Source: Dehalococcoidia bacterium (GTDB lineage Bacteria > Chloroflexota > Dehalococcoidia > SZUA-161 > SpSt-899). Taken from it: a DNA stretch of 64,000 nt. Positions 36,404 to 47,328 of this stretch are shown here, piece after piece (position 1 is the stretch's first letter; every line of letters starts with the position of its first letter). The translations under genes were made by a program, and so were the position numbers. Under the pieces are notes generated by a model. That model was not told the DNA's origin. It saw only the letters and a program-made list of their open reading frames with translations, and made no database searches. The stretch covers positions 543-64,542 of the forward strand of contig JAQTRE010000003.1 of the NCBI GenBank assembly GCA_028711995.1, given 5' to 3'.

Positions 36404-37330
36404 GTGAGACCGATCAGCAAAATCGCTCCCGGATGGTGGGACTATACCACGCTGGATCACAAGATTCTGGATCAGGCTGCCCGGCTTACGGCGGAAGACC
36501 TCTTGGGTCTGAGCCGAAAAGGCTTCTCTATCAAATTCTACGATACCCTCGAGGACTTCTTCCTCGCCCAAGCAATGGAGTATATCACCGCATGGAAACA
36601 GGCCTCGGCGGATAAACCGGCCGGTATTTGTGGCCCTATTGGCCCATCGGAACAACTTCCGCTGGTTGCCCGGCTGGTCAACGAGCTTGAGATTAACCTC
36701 GATCATTGCCATTTTTGGGGCATGGACGAGTGGGTTTCCGATGGAAAGGAGCTGGAGTTCGATCACCCCCTCAGCCTTGCGGGGGCTGACATGCGCCTGT
36801 GTTTCAATCGCATCCGCGAAGACCTGCGCATGCCTTCAAAGAACATCCATTTCCCCAAGGTGGACACCAGGGATTACATCGAGAGTTGGGACAAGGCTCA
36901 CTGCGTGATCATGCAAGGCGGGCAGGGAGAGGTCAAGCACTGGGCTTTCAATGACCCGCCCAGGCGAGAAGGGAAATATGGAGATGCCCCACCTTCTCCA
37001 AAGGAATTCCGCAAGCTGACCACTCGCCTAGTTGACCTTCATCCCTTGAGCCTGATCCAGAACGCCCGAACCTCTGGAGGAGGCATGATTCATAACATAC
37101 CCACCCAGGCGCTTACTGTCGGTCCGGTGGAAACGTGGAAGGCAGACAAAGTGTCTATCTGGCACCCGGGGGATGATGACAATCCCTTTGGGATACGGCT
37201 GACCACGTTTATGATCTCAAAGAAGATCACCGACGCCGCTGTGCCGATGTCACTGCTGGCCGATCACCCAAATCTACAGTTTAACTTCTACCGTGGCGGG
37301 ATCAGTACCTGCGAGATGCTGATGCAGTGA
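36404..37330 (+). CDS. Glucosamine-6-phosphate deaminase/isomerase-like protein (NagB/6-phosphogluconolactonase superfamily), N-terminally extended
   Basis: ..[11 protein letters not shown].., [17 protein letters not shown] resemble the NagB motifs (MDEY.., AFNEP). 308 aa. AAAGGAGGG RBS before GTG 36404. Confidence 0.6.
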   Translation: MRPISKIAPGWWDYTTLDHKILDQAARLTAEDLLGLSRKGFSIKFYDTLEDFFLAQAMEYITAWKQASADKPAGICGPIGPSEQLPLVARLVNELEINLDHCHFWGMDEWVSDGKELEFDHPLSLAGADMRLCFNRIREDLRMPSKNIHFPKVDTRDYIESWDKAHCVIMQGGQGEVKHWAFNDPPRREGKYGDAPPSPKEFRKLTTRLVDLHPLSLIQNARTSGGGMIHNIPTQALTVGPVETWKADKVSIWHPGDDDNPFGIRLTTFMISKKITDAAVPMSLLADHPNLQFNFYRGGISTCEMLMQ

Positions 37331-37353
37331 ATGGCTCATCCGCTCATCAAATG

Positions 37354-37383
37354 AAAAAGGCTCCCCTCTTGGGGAGCCTTTTT
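37354..37383. terminator. Bidirectional rho-independent terminator (nagB-like on plus, rpsI on minus)
   Basis: aaaaaggctcccctcttggggagccttttt: stem ggctcccc/ggggagcc, A-tract 5' and T-tract 3'. Confidence 0.65.
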
Positions 37384-37387
37384 GAGA

Positions 37388-37786
37388 TTATCTCTTACGA
37401 TACTGCTTTCTTTTACGGGCGCGCTTGAACCCATATTTCTGGCGTTCCTTGGTTCTCGAATCCCGGGTAAGAAATCCGTTGCCTCGAAGGACAGGTTTCG
37501 AATTCTCATCGGCTGCGAGCAGGGCGCGACTAATGCCATGCCTTATCGCCCCCACCTGACCAGATATCCCGCCGCCTTCTACCTTCACCACGATATCAAA
37601 CTTGCCCAGAGTGTTGGTCACCACAAGCGGCTGCAAAGCAGTTCTCTTTAGGCTCTCTGTTCCGTAAGTGCTCTCAAAAGGCTTATCGTTGACCTTGATG
37701 GCTCCATTTCCCGGATAGAGCCGCACGCGCGCTACCGCTTCCTTCCTGCGCCCCGTGCCATAGTAGTAACGTAATTGTTGGTTCAA
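37388..37786 (-). CDS. rpsI: 30S ribosomal protein S9
   Basis: [16 protein letters not shown]..., C-terminal KR-rich tail ending ..YRKR. Confidence 0.95.
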   Translation of the reverse strand: MNQQLRYYYGTGRRKEAVARVRLYPGNGAIKVNDKPFESTYGTESLKRTALQPLVVTNTLGKFDIVVKVEGGGISGQVGAIRHGISRALLAADENSKPVLRGNGFLTRDSRTKERQKYGFKRARKRKQYRKR

Positions 37787-37787
37787 A

Positions 37788-38228
37788 CTATCCCTCCTCG
37801 ACCTCGCTTGCAGCCTTTACCTGAGCCCCATGGGGATGGGTTGGGCCTTCATAGACCTTCAATTTTCTGAAAATTGCTCGTCCCAGCGGACCCTTGGGCA
37901 ACATTCCTTTCACGGCATATTCGATAACCCTGGTTGGATGGGTTTCCATCATCCTCTCGAATGTAACTGCCTTAATTCCCCCGGGATATCCTGAATGCCG
38001 ATAATAAATCTTCTGCAGGGGTTTACTGTTTCCTGTCACTTTCACTTTTTCAGCATTCACCACGATGACAAAATCACCGGTATCCAGATGACGCGCGTAG
38101 ATGGGTTTGTTTTTCCCATTCAGAAGCTGGACGATCTCCGTGGACAAACGGCCCAGCGTTTTCCCGGAGGCATCAATTACATGCCACTTCCGTTGAATAT
38201 CTGACGCTTTAGTACTGTATGTTTTCAT
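37788..38228 (-). CDS. rplM: 50S ribosomal protein L13
   Basis: [23 protein letters not shown]... L13 signature. Confidence 0.95.
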   Translation of the reverse strand: MKTYSTKASDIQRKWHVIDASGKTLGRLSTEIVQLLNGKNKPIYARHLDTGDFVIVVNAEKVKVTGNSKPLQKIYYRHSGYPGGIKAVTFERMMETHPTRVIEYAVKGMLPKGPLGRAIFRKLKVYEGPTHPHGAQVKAASEVEEG

Positions 38229-38995
38229 AATTGACTACCAAATCCAATATAAGAATAATTGACCCTTATCAGGCACAATCCGTGCGATGGCGCGGTTGGT
38301 CTTGCTGTTCCTATTTTGGGCGAAACGACCATTTCACCCAACTCCGCTGCTTCCATATCGCCCAATCCGATCCTTATCAAACACCCCACAGTGCGCCGAA
38401 CTTGCTGAGGAAGGAACGCATTAGCTGAAATATCAAAGACTACGGAATTGCCCCTTCTCTTCAGACTGGCTCCCAGAATAGTCCTTATCGTATTCTTGGC
38501 ACCACCTTCCTTGTTGGTGAATGATGCGTAATCATGCTGCCCCAGCAACATATCGCACGCTTCGCTCATTGCCCCGATATTCAGTTTTCTAGGTACTAGA
38601 TATGCCCATCTGCGGGTTAACGGCAAACGCACCGGACTATTCAGAATCGTATAGCGATACTCTCTACTGAGAGCATGTCTCCTCGGATCGAAATCTGCTT
38701 CTACCTGGCAGGCATCCCTGATCGCGATATCCGCTGGCAGATGAAAATTAAGTGCTTTAACGAAAGTGCAAGGGTGATGGCCCGATTGCGTTTCAAAGGT
38801 TGCAACTTGTCCGCTGGCGTGAACTCCGGCATCAGTACGACCGGCACCATGGAGACGGACAACTTCCCCTGTAACTTTCGATATCGCTTTCTCTAACTCC
38901 CCCTGGATGGAAGGCACGCTTGTCTGAATTTGAAACCCATAGTAGTTCGTGCCTTCGTATTCAATCAGCAGAGCAATCTTAACAATTCCACCCAC
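38225..38995 (-). CDS. truA: tRNA pseudouridine(38-40) synthase
   Basis: [15 protein letters not shown]..., catalytic ..GRTDAGVHA.. motif. Embedded between rplQ and rplM. Confidence 0.9.
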   Translation of the reverse strand: MGGIVKIALLIEYEGTNYYGFQIQTSVPSIQGELEKAISKVTGEVVRLHGAGRTDAGVHASGQVATFETQSGHHPCTFVKALNFHLPADIAIRDACQVEADFDPRRHALSREYRYTILNSPVRLPLTRRWAYLVPRKLNIGAMSEACDMLLGQHDYASFTNKEGGAKNTIRTILGASLKRRGNSVVFDISANAFLPQQVRRTVGCLIRIGLGDMEAAELGEMVVSPKIGTARPTAPSHGLCLIRVNYSYIGFGSQL

Positions 38996-39000
38996 ACCTG

Positions 39001-39351
39001 CTAAACCAGCTCGAGCTGGACCACGGTTGCTGCATCGCCGAGGCGCGTGCCTAATCTCAACATTCTGGTATAACCACCAGCGCGATCGGCATACCTTGGC
39101 GCTATTTCACTGAATACCTTGTTCACCACGTCTTCGCTATATATATAGGCCAGCGCTTGACGTCGAGCGCTAAGATTCCCGGCTTTCCCAAGCGTAACCA
39201 TCTTCTCAGCCAACGAACGGACTTCCTTGGCCTTAGCCTCGGTGGTGACAATCTTGCCGTATTTCAGGAGATCTGTTACCTGGTTTCGATACATCGCCAC
39301 GCGATGGCTTGTGCTCCTTGAGAGTTTGCGCCCTGCCACCCGGTGTCTCAT
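39001..39351 (-). CDS. rplQ: 50S ribosomal protein L17
   Basis: [25 protein letters not shown]... L17 signature. Confidence 0.95.
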   Translation of the reverse strand: MRHRVAGRKLSRSTSHRVAMYRNQVTDLLKYGKIVTTEAKAKEVRSLAEKMVTLGKAGNLSARRQALAYIYSEDVVNKVFSEIAPRYADRAGGYTRMLRLGTRLGDAATVVQLELV

Positions 39352-40400
39352 TTCTCCTCCCTCACATTGAATCTCTCCTGCAGCTTCCTTCTCATTTCTT
39401 CCTTCTCTGCATCCTCAGCTATCTTATCTTCACTAGCTGGCTCGTCACCACTTTCAGATGCAACCTCTTCGGCTTCAATTCTCTCCACCAGGTTTCTCTC
39501 AACTAATTGGTCTTGAACTTCCTCCCATGATTTCTGACCGAAGTTCCTCAAATCGAGCAATTCTTCTCTGCTCTTCCCTAAGAGAATCCCCACATTGGTG
39601 ATTCCCCCTCGTCTCAGTGCATTAAGAGTTCGCATGGAGAGCCCCAGTTGATCCAAGGACATGTCGTAGTTTTCTGGTTCCAGTGGCGACTTTTCTACAA
39701 CGGTAATTGCCTTATCTGGCATTTGAACAAGTTTGGAAAAGATAGAGAATTGTTCAATCAAAAGACGGGCGCATTCGGCCACTGCCTCATCGGGAGAGAT
39801 CGTGCCATCGGTCCACACGTCAAGCGTCAATTGATCATAATTGCTCTTATCTTCCACACGGGTCTTTTGCACCCTATAGTTTACCCGCCTGACCGGCGTA
39901 AAAACCGCATCCACGGGCAGCATTCCCAAGGGACGCCCTTCACTGTGACCTGCAGCAAGGTATCCCTTACCAATATTGACTGTAAACTCAACATTCAGTT
40001 TGGCATTGCGTGAATCCAAAGTGGCCAGAACATGTTCAGGGTTTACGATCTCAAAATCGGCCGAAGGCTTTATGTCACCTGCACAGATCTCACCTTCCCG
40101 GGAAGCTTCAAGGATGAGCTTGCCAGGGCGATCGGACAAGCGGCGTAAGCGTATTCCTTTAACATTCAACAAAAATTCCATCGTGTCTTCTTTGACATGC
40201 GGAATGGTAGAGAATTCGTGCTGAATGCCCTCGATCATCACCTCGCTCACTGCGGCTCCGGTTAACGAGCTCAGGAGAACCCGCCGCAAAGCGTTGCCCA
40301 GAGTAATTCCATAGCCCGGTCCCAGCGGCTCAATTACAAAGGTCCCGCAATTCTCCGAAACCAGACGATATTCAATTGTGGGAGTTACTGACTCAGGCAA
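39348..40400 (-). CDS. rpoA: DNA-directed RNA polymerase alpha subunit
   Basis: N-terminal dimerisation domain (..[24 protein letters not shown]..) and a C-terminal alpha-CTD. Confidence 0.95.
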   Translation of the reverse strand: MPESVTPTIEYRLVSENCGTFVIEPLGPGYGITLGNALRRVLLSSLTGAAVSEVMIEGIQHEFSTIPHVKEDTMEFLLNVKGIRLRRLSDRPGKLILEASREGEICAGDIKPSADFEIVNPEHVLATLDSRNAKLNVEFTVNIGKGYLAAGHSEGRPLGMLPVDAVFTPVRRVNYRVQKTRVEDKSNYDQLTLDVWTDGTISPDEAVAECARLLIEQFSIFSKLVQMPDKAITVVEKSPLEPENYDMSLDQLGLSMRTLNALRRGGITNVGILLGKSREELLDLRNFGQKSWEEVQDQLVERNLVERIEAEEVASESGDEPASEDKIAEDAEKEEMRRKLQERFNVREEK

Positions 40401-40430
40401 CTTATTGACCTCCTAGCGAAGAGACCCATT

Positions 40431-41060
40431 TTATCGGGAATAATATTCAACTATGAGCCTCTCATTAATCGTAACCCCGATATCTTCCCGCGATGGCTCG
40501 CTCAGAACCTTTGCCACAAGGGTCTTATTATCCACACTTAACCATCCCGGTATCGTTTTAGACGTGATATTCTGCAGCGCAGCCTGATAGGGAACGAGCT
40601 TATCTCTTCCTGTATTCCAAGCAATGACATCACCTGGTTTCACCTGGCATGAGGCAATATCTGTCTTACGCCCATTTAGGGTGAAATGTCCGTGTGTCAC
40701 CAGCTGTCTCGCCTGACGCCGACTTTCAGCGAAACCAAGGCGGAAAACTGCGTTATCCAGTCTCAATTCCAATATCTGGAGCATGCGCAAACCCGTTCGC
40801 CCGGGAGCCGTTTCAGCCTCCGCAAAGTGTCTGCGCATCTGGCGTTCCATCACGCCATAAATATTCCTGACTTTCTGCTTTTCAACCAGCCTTATGCCGT
40901 ATTCCGACATTTTGCGAGGGCGCGTACGACGCCTATGCCCAGGAGGATTTTGCCTCCGCTCGACGGCACACTTCGGTGTGACACACCTTTCACCCTTGAG
41001 CATCAATTTTTCGCCTTGTCGTCGACAAAGCCGACAAACGGGCCCAGTGTATCGGGCCAT
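40431..41060 (-). CDS. rpsD: 30S ribosomal protein S4
   Basis: MARYTGPVCRLCRR.GEKL..KGERC zinc-ribbon N-terminus plus an S4 RNA-binding domain. Confidence 0.95.
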   Translation of the reverse strand: MARYTGPVCRLCRRQGEKLMLKGERCVTPKCAVERRQNPPGHRRRTRPRKMSEYGIRLVEKQKVRNIYGVMERQMRRHFAEAETAPGRTGLRMLQILELRLDNAVFRLGFAESRRQARQLVTHGHFTLNGRKTDIASCQVKPGDVIAWNTGRDKLVPYQAALQNITSKTIPGWLSVDNKTLVAKVLSEPSREDIGVTINERLIVEYYSR

Positions 41061-41140
41061 ATCTCCTCCTCTTGAAACGGAATGCGGAAAGCGGAGATAA
41101 GAACCATACGCAATCTCCGTTCCTTATCCTCGATCTTATT

Positions 41141-41536
41141 CTAAATTCTTCTTCTCTTCGGGGGGCGGCATCCATTATGAGGTGTTGGGGTAACATCCCT
41201 GATACTCAAAATGGTAAGACCGCTTGCCTGCAATGTGCGGATAGCCGCCTCACGTCCACTGCCAGGCCCCTTTATATAGACATCAACCTGCCGTAATCCA
41301 TGTTCCATACCTTTGCGCGTGGCTTCCGCCGCAGCTCGTTGAGCTGCGAAAGCTGTTCCTTTACGTGATCCCTTAAACCCAGTGGTCCCGGAACTGCTCC
41401 AAGAAATCACCCCCCCCCTATCATCGGTCAGGCTGACTATCGTATTGTTAAAAGTCGACTGAATGTACGCACGTCCTCTTACAACGCCCTTGCGTTCACG
41501 TTTCTTAACCCTGGTTCCCTTGCCTTTTACTGCCAT
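41141..41536 (-). CDS. rpsK: 30S ribosomal protein S11
   Basis: [46 protein letters not shown]. Confidence 0.95.
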   Translation of the reverse strand: MAVKGKGTRVKKRERKGVVRGRAYIQSTFNNTIVSLTDDRGGVISWSSSGTTGFKGSRKGTAFAAQRAAAEATRKGMEHGLRQVDVYIKGPGSGREAAIRTLQASGLTILSIRDVTPTPHNGCRPPKRRRI

Positions 41537-41570
41537 CTATGTACCCCTCGCTAACTCTTGACTATGATCC

Positions 41571-41960
41571 CTATTTCTTGGTCATGCCACGGCGTCGCCC
41601 TCGACCCGCAACCGTCTTCTTCGGTCCACGCTTGGTGCGGGCATTGGTCTTCGTTCTCTGACCCCGCACAGGAAGCCCTCTTCTGTGCCTTATGCCCCTA
41701 TAGCTCCCTATCTCGATAAGCCGCTTGATATTAAAGGTGACTTCTTTCCTTAGATCGCCTTCCACCCGATAACCCTTGTCAATGGCCTCTCGGATACGGT
41801 TTAATTCCTCATCAGTGAGCTCTTTGACCTTGGTATCAGGATCAACACCCGTTTGAGCCAGAATCTTCTTACTGAGGGTGGGCCCAATCCCATAGATGTA
41901 GCTAAGAGAAATTTCGACCCTTTTATTTGCTGGGATATCAACACCTGCAACACGTGGCAT
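41571..41960 (-). CDS. rpsM: 30S ribosomal protein S13
   Basis: [26 protein letters not shown]. Confidence 0.95.
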   Translation of the reverse strand: MPRVAGVDIPANKRVEISLSYIYGIGPTLSKKILAQTGVDPDTKVKELTDEELNRIREAIDKGYRVEGDLRKEVTFNIKRLIEIGSYRGIRHRRGLPVRGQRTKTNARTKRGPKKTVAGRGRRRGMTKK

Positions 41961-42013
41961 GTATTCTCCTTACTCCTTAACGAGGCGCAACCTCAATTTC
42001 GCAAGAAACAGCC

Positions 42014-42127
42014 TTATCCCTGCCTCTGCTTATGCTTGGGATTTGAGCACGTAACTCGAACTGCTCCCTTGCGCTTGACTATTTTGCATTTGTTACAACG
42101 TGGCTTCACTGAAGCTCGGACTTTCAT
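42014..42127 (-). CDS. rpmJ: 50S ribosomal protein L36
   Basis: Not in the ORF track because it is under 60 aa. Manual translation of the minus strand gives [37 protein letters not shown]-stop, which is the canonical L36 C-x2-C...C-x4-H zinc ribbon. It lies between infA and rpsM, as expected. Confidence 0.85.
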   Translation of the reverse strand: MKVRASVKPRCNKCKIVKRKGAVRVTCSNPKHKQRQG

Positions 42128-42144
42128 TTACTTAACCTCGATAT

Positions 42145-42366
42145 CTATTTGTTGAACCGATAAGTAACTCTGCCCCTGGTCAGATCATAAGGCGAGAGTT
42201 CCACAAGAACACGATCACCGCGCACAACCTTTATAAAGTAACGCCTCATTTTACCCGAAGCATGGGCCAAGACCAGATGTCCATTGGGTAACTCAACGCG
42301 AAACATGCCATTGGGCAAGGGTTCAGTTACTACCCCCTCAACTTCAATGGCCTCTTTTTTCGCCAT
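42145..42366 (-). CDS. infA: Translation initiation factor IF-1
   Basis: [70 protein letters not shown] (S1-like OB fold). Start taken at MAKKE; the track's upstream extension is unlikely. Confidence 0.9.
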   Translation of the reverse strand: MAKKEAIEVEGVVTEPLPNGMFRVELPNGHLVLAHASGKMRRYFIKVVRGDRVLVELSPYDLTRGRVTYRFNK

Positions 42367-42427
42367 AACCCCCCTCATTTACTCTAGCTAATATCTTCCT
42401 GATAATCTCTGCCTCTTCAAAACCAAC

Positions 42428-43177
42428 TTAGAGTCGAGTCAAAACCTCCGGCGCCCCATCAGTGATCGCAATCGTGTGCTCAAAATGAGCTGACAGCTTA
42501 CCATCTTCGGTGACGACCGTCCAATGATCATCAAGCACTTTCGTGCGCCAGCCACCAGCATTAATCATTGGCTCTAGGGCCACTGTCATACCTTGCCTCA
42601 GGATTGGCCCTTTGCCGGGCAGCCCAAAATTGGGCACCTCCGGCTTTTCATGCATCTCCCGACCAATGCCATGGCCCACATACTCCCTCACCACTGCAAA
42701 GCCTCTGGATTCAGCATAAGCCTGAATCGCAGCTGAAATATCGCTTAAACGGGCCCCCGCACTAGCCTCCTTAATACCTGCTTCCAGCGATCCGGAAGTT
42801 GCATCGATGAGGCTTCTCGCCTCAGGGCTTATCTTGCCTACCCCAACGGTGACGGCTGCATCACCCTGAAAACCATTATATATCGCGCCCACATCGATGG
42901 CAATAATATCGCCTTCTTTGAGAATGCGCCCTCCCGGAATACCATGAACTACTTGTTCATTTACAGAAGTGCAAATAGAAGCCGGAAAACCTCTGTATCC
43001 CTTGAATGAAGGCCTACCTCCCTGCTCTTCTATCGCCTTGACTGCGATGCCATCAAGCTCACCAGTTGTGATTCCCGGTTTGACCTCTTTGCTCAGAATC
43101 TCCAACACAATGGCTACGATTTTCCCCGCCTGCCGCATTACTCTGATTTCGCTTGGCGACTTGATAATGATTCCCAT
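42428..43177 (-). CDS. map: Type I methionine aminopeptidase
   Basis: Pita-bread fold. Metal-ligand context ..DIIAIDVGAIYNGFQGDAAVT.., ..HGIGREMHE.., ..LEPMIN. Confidence 0.9.
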   Translation of the reverse strand: MGIIIKSPSEIRVMRQAGKIVAIVLEILSKEVKPGITTGELDGIAVKAIEEQGGRPSFKGYRGFPASICTSVNEQVVHGIPGGRILKEGDIIAIDVGAIYNGFQGDAAVTVGVGKISPEARSLIDATSGSLEAGIKEASAGARLSDISAAIQAYAESRGFAVVREYVGHGIGREMHEKPEVPNFGLPGKGPILRQGMTVALEPMINAGGWRTKVLDDHWTVVTEDGKLSAHFEHTIAITDGAPEVLTRL

Positions 43178-43182
43178 CTTAT

Positions 43183-43824
43183 TCAGGCCAAGGCAGCGAG
43201 CATCTCCTTGCTCACATCATTGACACTCTGCTTACCGTTGACCTTGAGCAGCTTGGCTGCCTTTGCATAGTAATCAATCAAGGGAGAGGTCTGCTTTAGA
43301 TAGACCTCTAATCGATTTCTCACCGTCTTCTCATTATCATCGGCACGCTGGTAGAGCTCACCGCCGCAGTGATCACACTTGCCGACCACCTTCGGCGGTG
43401 CGTCGACCAGATGAAAAGGCGCCTGGCACTTTCGGCAGATCCAGCGACCCGAAAGACGCTTGATCAAATCTTCTTCCGGCACATAAATGTAAACAGCCTT
43501 ATCGATGGCCTTATTCTGCGATGACAGGGCTTTATCCAGCGCTTCTGCCTGCGGTATGGTTCGTGGAAAACCATCCAGCAGAAACCCATTGGCACAATCG
43601 GGTTTCGCGATGCGTTCCAGAACCATCTTTACTGTTACCTCGTCAGGAACCAACTCCCCCTTTTCCATATAGGACTTGGCGAGGTTACCCAACTCCGTCC
43701 CGCTCTTCTGAGCCTCCCGGAAGAGATCCCCTGAAGCAACATGCGCCATCTTCTTCTCTTTGACGAGAACAACTGCTTGAGTCCCCTTGCCTGCCCCTGG
43801 CGCTCCCAAAAGAATGATATTCAT
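43183..43824 (-). CDS. adk: Adenylate kinase (with zinc-binding LID, CxxC...CxxC)
   Basis: MNIILLGAPGAGKGTQA P-loop. LID with CRKCQ....CDHCGG. Confidence 0.95.
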   Translation of the reverse strand: MNIILLGAPGAGKGTQAVVLVKEKKMAHVASGDLFREAQKSGTELGNLAKSYMEKGELVPDEVTVKMVLERIAKPDCANGFLLDGFPRTIPQAEALDKALSSQNKAIDKAVYIYVPEEDLIKRLSGRWICRKCQAPFHLVDAPPKVVGKCDHCGGELYQRADDNEKTVRNRLEVYLKQTSPLIDYYAKAAKLLKVNGKQSVNDVSKEMLAALA

Positions 43825-43842
43825 CTCACTTCTCCCCAGAGA

Positions 43843-45213
43843 TCACTTAATAAATCCCTCATAATGACGCATCAAAAGCTGCGCTTCCATCTGCCGCATT
43901 GTGTCGAGGACCACCCCGACCACGATCAGTATCCCCGCGCTGCTGATGAGCATAAGTGTCTGCGCGTTAGTAGCTGAAGAGCCCACCATCACTCCTGCGA
44001 ATACGGGCATAATGGCCACCAACCCCAAGAATAGCGCCCCTCCCCAAGTGAGCCTGTTGGTTATACCATTAAGATACTCTGCTGTTGGCTTCCCCGGGCG
44101 AATGCCCGGAACAAACCCTCCCTGCTTCTGCAAGTTATCGGCGATATTCTGTTGTTGGAAAATAACCATCGTATAAAAGAAGGTAAACCCAACCACCAGC
44201 AGAAAATAGAAGGACCAGTAAAACCATCCGTATCCTTCTCCTGTATTGAATAGTTCGTAGATGAAATTGGCAAAATTAGAGTTCTGCCCCTCTGCATTCA
44301 TAAAGTAACTGGCCACCGTACCCGGGAATACCATCAGTGACATGGCGAAAATGAGAGGGATCATTCCGGCCGAATTCACTCGAAGCGGAATGTGCGTTCC
44401 CCCACTTTGCCGATAAACCCTTCCTCCACGGAAGGTACTTCTCGAATATTGAACCGGAATGCGCCGAAAGGCTTCCGTAACGTATACGATCAAGAAAGCG
44501 ATAGCCACCAGCAATATTGCCAGCTTAAACAAGCCGCCATAGCCTGATAAGAGACGAGTGCGCTCCAAATTCTGCGGCATTCCGGCTACAATGCCCCCGA
44601 AGATTATGATTGAAATCCCATTTCCGATCCCGCTCTCTGTTATACGTTCACCCATCCATACAAGCAACATGGTGCCCGCTGTGAGAGCTATCACCATCGC
44701 AGCTGTGGGCAGCAGATCGCTCCCTGTTAGGCCAACCCCGTGGATGGGAGGAACCCCACCTCCAGAGACAGGTCGACTCATAAGCTCCAATTGACCGTAC
44801 CCCTGCATCATAGCCAGCGGGACGGTGAGCCAATGGGTATACTTGTTTATCTTATTTCTTCCGTCTTCGCCCTCTTTAGATAACGCTTGCAGTCTCGGGA
44901 CTATCGGAACCAGAAGCTGCATGATGATTGAGGCAGTTATATAGGGATAGACCCCCATGGCAGCTATGCTCAGCGTGCGCATGGCGCCTCCGCTGAAGAT
45001 ATCCAGCATGCCCAACAACTGGTTTTGCTCGAAGAGGTCCTTGAGTGCCTCAGTGTCAACACCAGGCACGGGAATATGAGCAATGAAGCGGAAGATCACC
45101 AGAATGCCGAAGGTGAACAACAGCTTTCGTCGAAGATCGGGGTGATGAAGAGCATTCACCACCGCCTGTACCAGTTTGGGCATCCCGCTCTGCCTTGCCT
45201 CTGGACGCTGCAT
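43843..45213 (-). CDS. secY: Preprotein translocase subunit SecY
   Basis: 10-TM protein, [24 protein letters not shown]-terminal signature. Start ATG shares one base with the rplO stop (TGATG), which supports the track start. Confidence 0.9.
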   Translation of the reverse strand: MQRPEARQSGMPKLVQAVVNALHHPDLRRKLLFTFGILVIFRFIAHIPVPGVDTEALKDLFEQNQLLGMLDIFSGGAMRTLSIAAMGVYPYITASIIMQLLVPIVPRLQALSKEGEDGRNKINKYTHWLTVPLAMMQGYGQLELMSRPVSGGGVPPIHGVGLTGSDLLPTAAMVIALTAGTMLLVWMGERITESGIGNGISIIIFGGIVAGMPQNLERTRLLSGYGGLFKLAILLVAIAFLIVYVTEAFRRIPVQYSRSTFRGGRVYRQSGGTHIPLRVNSAGMIPLIFAMSLMVFPGTVASYFMNAEGQNSNFANFIYELFNTGEGYGWFYWSFYFLLVVGFTFFYTMVIFQQQNIADNLQKQGGFVPGIRPGKPTAEYLNGITNRLTWGGALFLGLVAIMPVFAGVMVGSSATNAQTLMLISSAGILIVVGVVLDTMRQMEAQLLMRHYEGFIK

Positions 45214-45659
45214 CAGGCGATCACCTCCGCCGTCCCCCCTGCGCCCTCTATCTTGCTCTTAGCTGCTTGCGAGAATTTATTCGCTTTCACCACCATCTTG
45301 CGCGCGATCTCACCGTCTCCCAATATCTTAACAGGCTTATTCAATCCTTTCAGTATCCCTGCAGCAACCATAGCTTCGAGAGTCACCTCGGATCCCTCGG
45401 GAAAAATGCTCAACCTCTCGATATTTACAATAACATATTCCGTACGGAATATGTTATTGAATCCGCGCTTGTACGGCAAACGCTTCACCAGAGGATTCTG
45501 CCCCCCCTCAAAAAGCGGGTGAACCCCACCTCCCGAACGGGACTTCTGTCCCTTCAGTCCACGGCAAGAATAAGTACCATGCCCGCTTCCCAGACCGCGC
45601 CCTACACGCTTCCGCTTATGCTTAGCCCCCACTGGGGGGTGTAATTCATTCTGTTTCAA
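45213..45659 (-). CDS. rplO: 50S ribosomal protein L15
   Basis: G/R-rich N-terminus ([25 protein letters not shown]), as in L15. Confidence 0.95.
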   Translation of the reverse strand: MKQNELHPPVGAKHKRKRVGRGLGSGHGTYSCRGLKGQKSRSGGGVHPLFEGGQNPLVKRLPYKRGFNNIFRTEYVIVNIERLSIFPEGSEVTLEAMVAAGILKGLNKPVKILGDGEIARKMVVKANKFSQAAKSKIEGAGGTAEVIA

Positions 45660-45853
45660 GACTCACCTTCCTGGCTCATTTCCTCTACCTCCACCAGGTG
45701 TCTGACCTTCCTCACCATTCCCCGAATTTGCGGCGAATCGCGGTGTTCCACAACACCATTTAATGAATGCAAACCCAAGGCTTCAATCACCCTTCTTTGG
45801 TCCTTGGCATAACCAATCGTGCTTCTCTTCCAGGTAATGCGCAGTGTGGACAT
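45656..45853 (-). CDS. rpmD: 50S ribosomal protein L30
   Basis: MSTLRITWKRSTIGYAKDQRRVIEALGL. Start at MSTLRI; the upstream track extension would overlap rpsE. Confidence 0.9.
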   Translation of the reverse strand: MSTLRITWKRSTIGYAKDQRRVIEALGLHSLNGVVEHRDSPQIRGMVRKVRHLVEVEEMSQEGES

Positions 45854-45854
45854 C

Positions 45855-46364
45855 TTAGCTGGTCTCCCTGTCTTGCGGCAATGCCTTGCCACGCTTGGCC
45901 AATTCCTCTCTTGGGTCTCTGAGCTGACTCAGCGCCGTCAGAGTCGCCTGGACGACATTGATCGGATTTGAGCTACCCTTAGACTTACTCAGAATATCTC
46001 TTATTCCTGCCGATTCAACCACAGCTCGAACAGCCTTCCCCGCAATCACTCCGGTTCCCGGAGCTGCCGGCTTAAGAAAAACCTCGGCGGCGCCAAATTT
46101 GGCGGTTATCTCATGATGAATGGTGCTTCCATTGATCGGTACCCGGATGAGTTTCTTTCTAGCTACAGCTGCCCCTTTTCTGATAGCAACAGGTATCTCC
46201 TTGCCCTTACCAAGGCCGAAACCCACATGACCCTGATCATCACCCACCACTACCAGGGCACTAAATGAAAGCTTTCTCCCACCAGCGACAGTTTTAGCAA
46301 CACGCCTTACGTGGACCAGCTTTTCGGTCAAGTTTAGCTCTTCTGGATTAATCCTTTGATTCAT
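45855..46364 (-). CDS. rpsE: 30S ribosomal protein S5
   Basis: ..[38 protein letters not shown]. Confidence 0.95.
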   Translation of the reverse strand: MNQRINPEELNLTEKLVHVRRVAKTVAGGRKLSFSALVVVGDDQGHVGFGLGKGKEIPVAIRKGAAVARKKLIRVPINGSTIHHEITAKFGAAEVFLKPAAPGTGVIAGKAVRAVVESAGIRDILSKSKGSSNPINVVQATLTALSQLRDPREELAKRGKALPQDRETS

Positions 46365-46371
46365 GAAGACC

Positions 46372-46734
46372 TCAGAATTTTAGTCCGGCTTCTCTGGCTG
46401 CATCCGCCAGGATTTTGACTCGGCCGTGATACCTATACCCCCCACGGTCAAAAACAACCTGCTCAACTCCGATATCTAGAGCCCGCTTTCCTAACAGAGT
46501 GCCAACAAGCTTGGCATCCTCAGACTTGCTCTTTGGACCGGCTTCTTTCGTTGTATCAAATGAGGAGGCCGAGACCAGAGTCCGCCCTTCACTATCATCC
46601 AAAAGCTGAGCATATATGTGCTTCAAGCTACGGAAAACACAGAGCCTGGGCTTGGTTGCTGTGCCGCTAACCTTTTTTCGGACCCTTAAATGTCTCCTTG
46701 TTCGGTTGACTCTAGCTTCTTTCACACTTGTCAT
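46372..46734 (-). CDS. rplR: 50S ribosomal protein L18
   Basis: ..[43 protein letters not shown]. Confidence 0.95.
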   Translation of the reverse strand: MTSVKEARVNRTRRHLRVRKKVSGTATKPRLCVFRSLKHIYAQLLDDSEGRTLVSASSFDTTKEAGPKSKSEDAKLVGTLLGKRALDIGVEQVVFDRGGYRYHGRVKILADAAREAGLKF

Positions 46735-46755
46735 AGCAGTTCTTCTTAAAACTCT

Positions 46756-47307
46756 TTACTTCTTGCCGCCGATCTTGCCGGCTTTGCCTGCTTTTAGCCT
46801 CACATATTCGCCTGAATACCTGACACCCTTACCCTTATAATGATCAGGCGGCTTTAGCCCTCTGATTTGGGCCGATGTTCTCCCCACTAGCTCCTTATCA
46901 ATACCCGAGACAGTAATCTTATTAGTTCCCTGAGCAGTAAGCGAAATCCCCGGGGGTGACATGAATTCGATGGGCTTGGGATAGCCTAAATAAAGCATCA
47001 GCTTTCCCTCCGCCGCCTGAACACGATATCCGACTCCCACAAGCTCCAGGTTTTTTTGAAATCCTTGGCTTACCCCTTGAACCATGTTATCGATCAGCGT
47101 CCGGGTGAGACCATGATAAGAACGATGCTCTTTGCTATCAGACGGCCTCGAAACTGTCAGAATGCTCCCGTCAACTTCAATGGACATAGCCGGTTGCACG
47201 GAGCAACTAAGGGCCCCTTTAGGCCCTTTGACAGTTATTTTACTTCCCTCAATCTTAACCTCAACCTCTTTGGGTATTGTTACGGGTTTTTTTCCTACTC
47301 TTGACAT
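46756..47307 (-). CDS. rplF: 50S ribosomal protein L6
   Basis: MSRVGKKPVTIPKEVEVKIEG..., two L6 repeats. Confidence 0.95.
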   Translation of the reverse strand: MSRVGKKPVTIPKEVEVKIEGSKITVKGPKGALSCSVQPAMSIEVDGSILTVSRPSDSKEHRSYHGLTRTLIDNMVQGVSQGFQKNLELVGVGYRVQAAEGKLMLYLGYPKPIEFMSPPGISLTAQGTNKITVSGIDKELVGRTSAQIRGLKPPDHYKGKGVRYSGEYVRLKAGKAGKIGGKK

Positions 47308-47328
47308 CCTCTATCCTCAATGTGTCAC

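Noticed and set aside
45025-45644. Plus-strand ORFs (165 and 149 aa) across the secY/rplO junction
   Set aside because: Antisense to ribosomal-operon genes with strong homology. Spurious.
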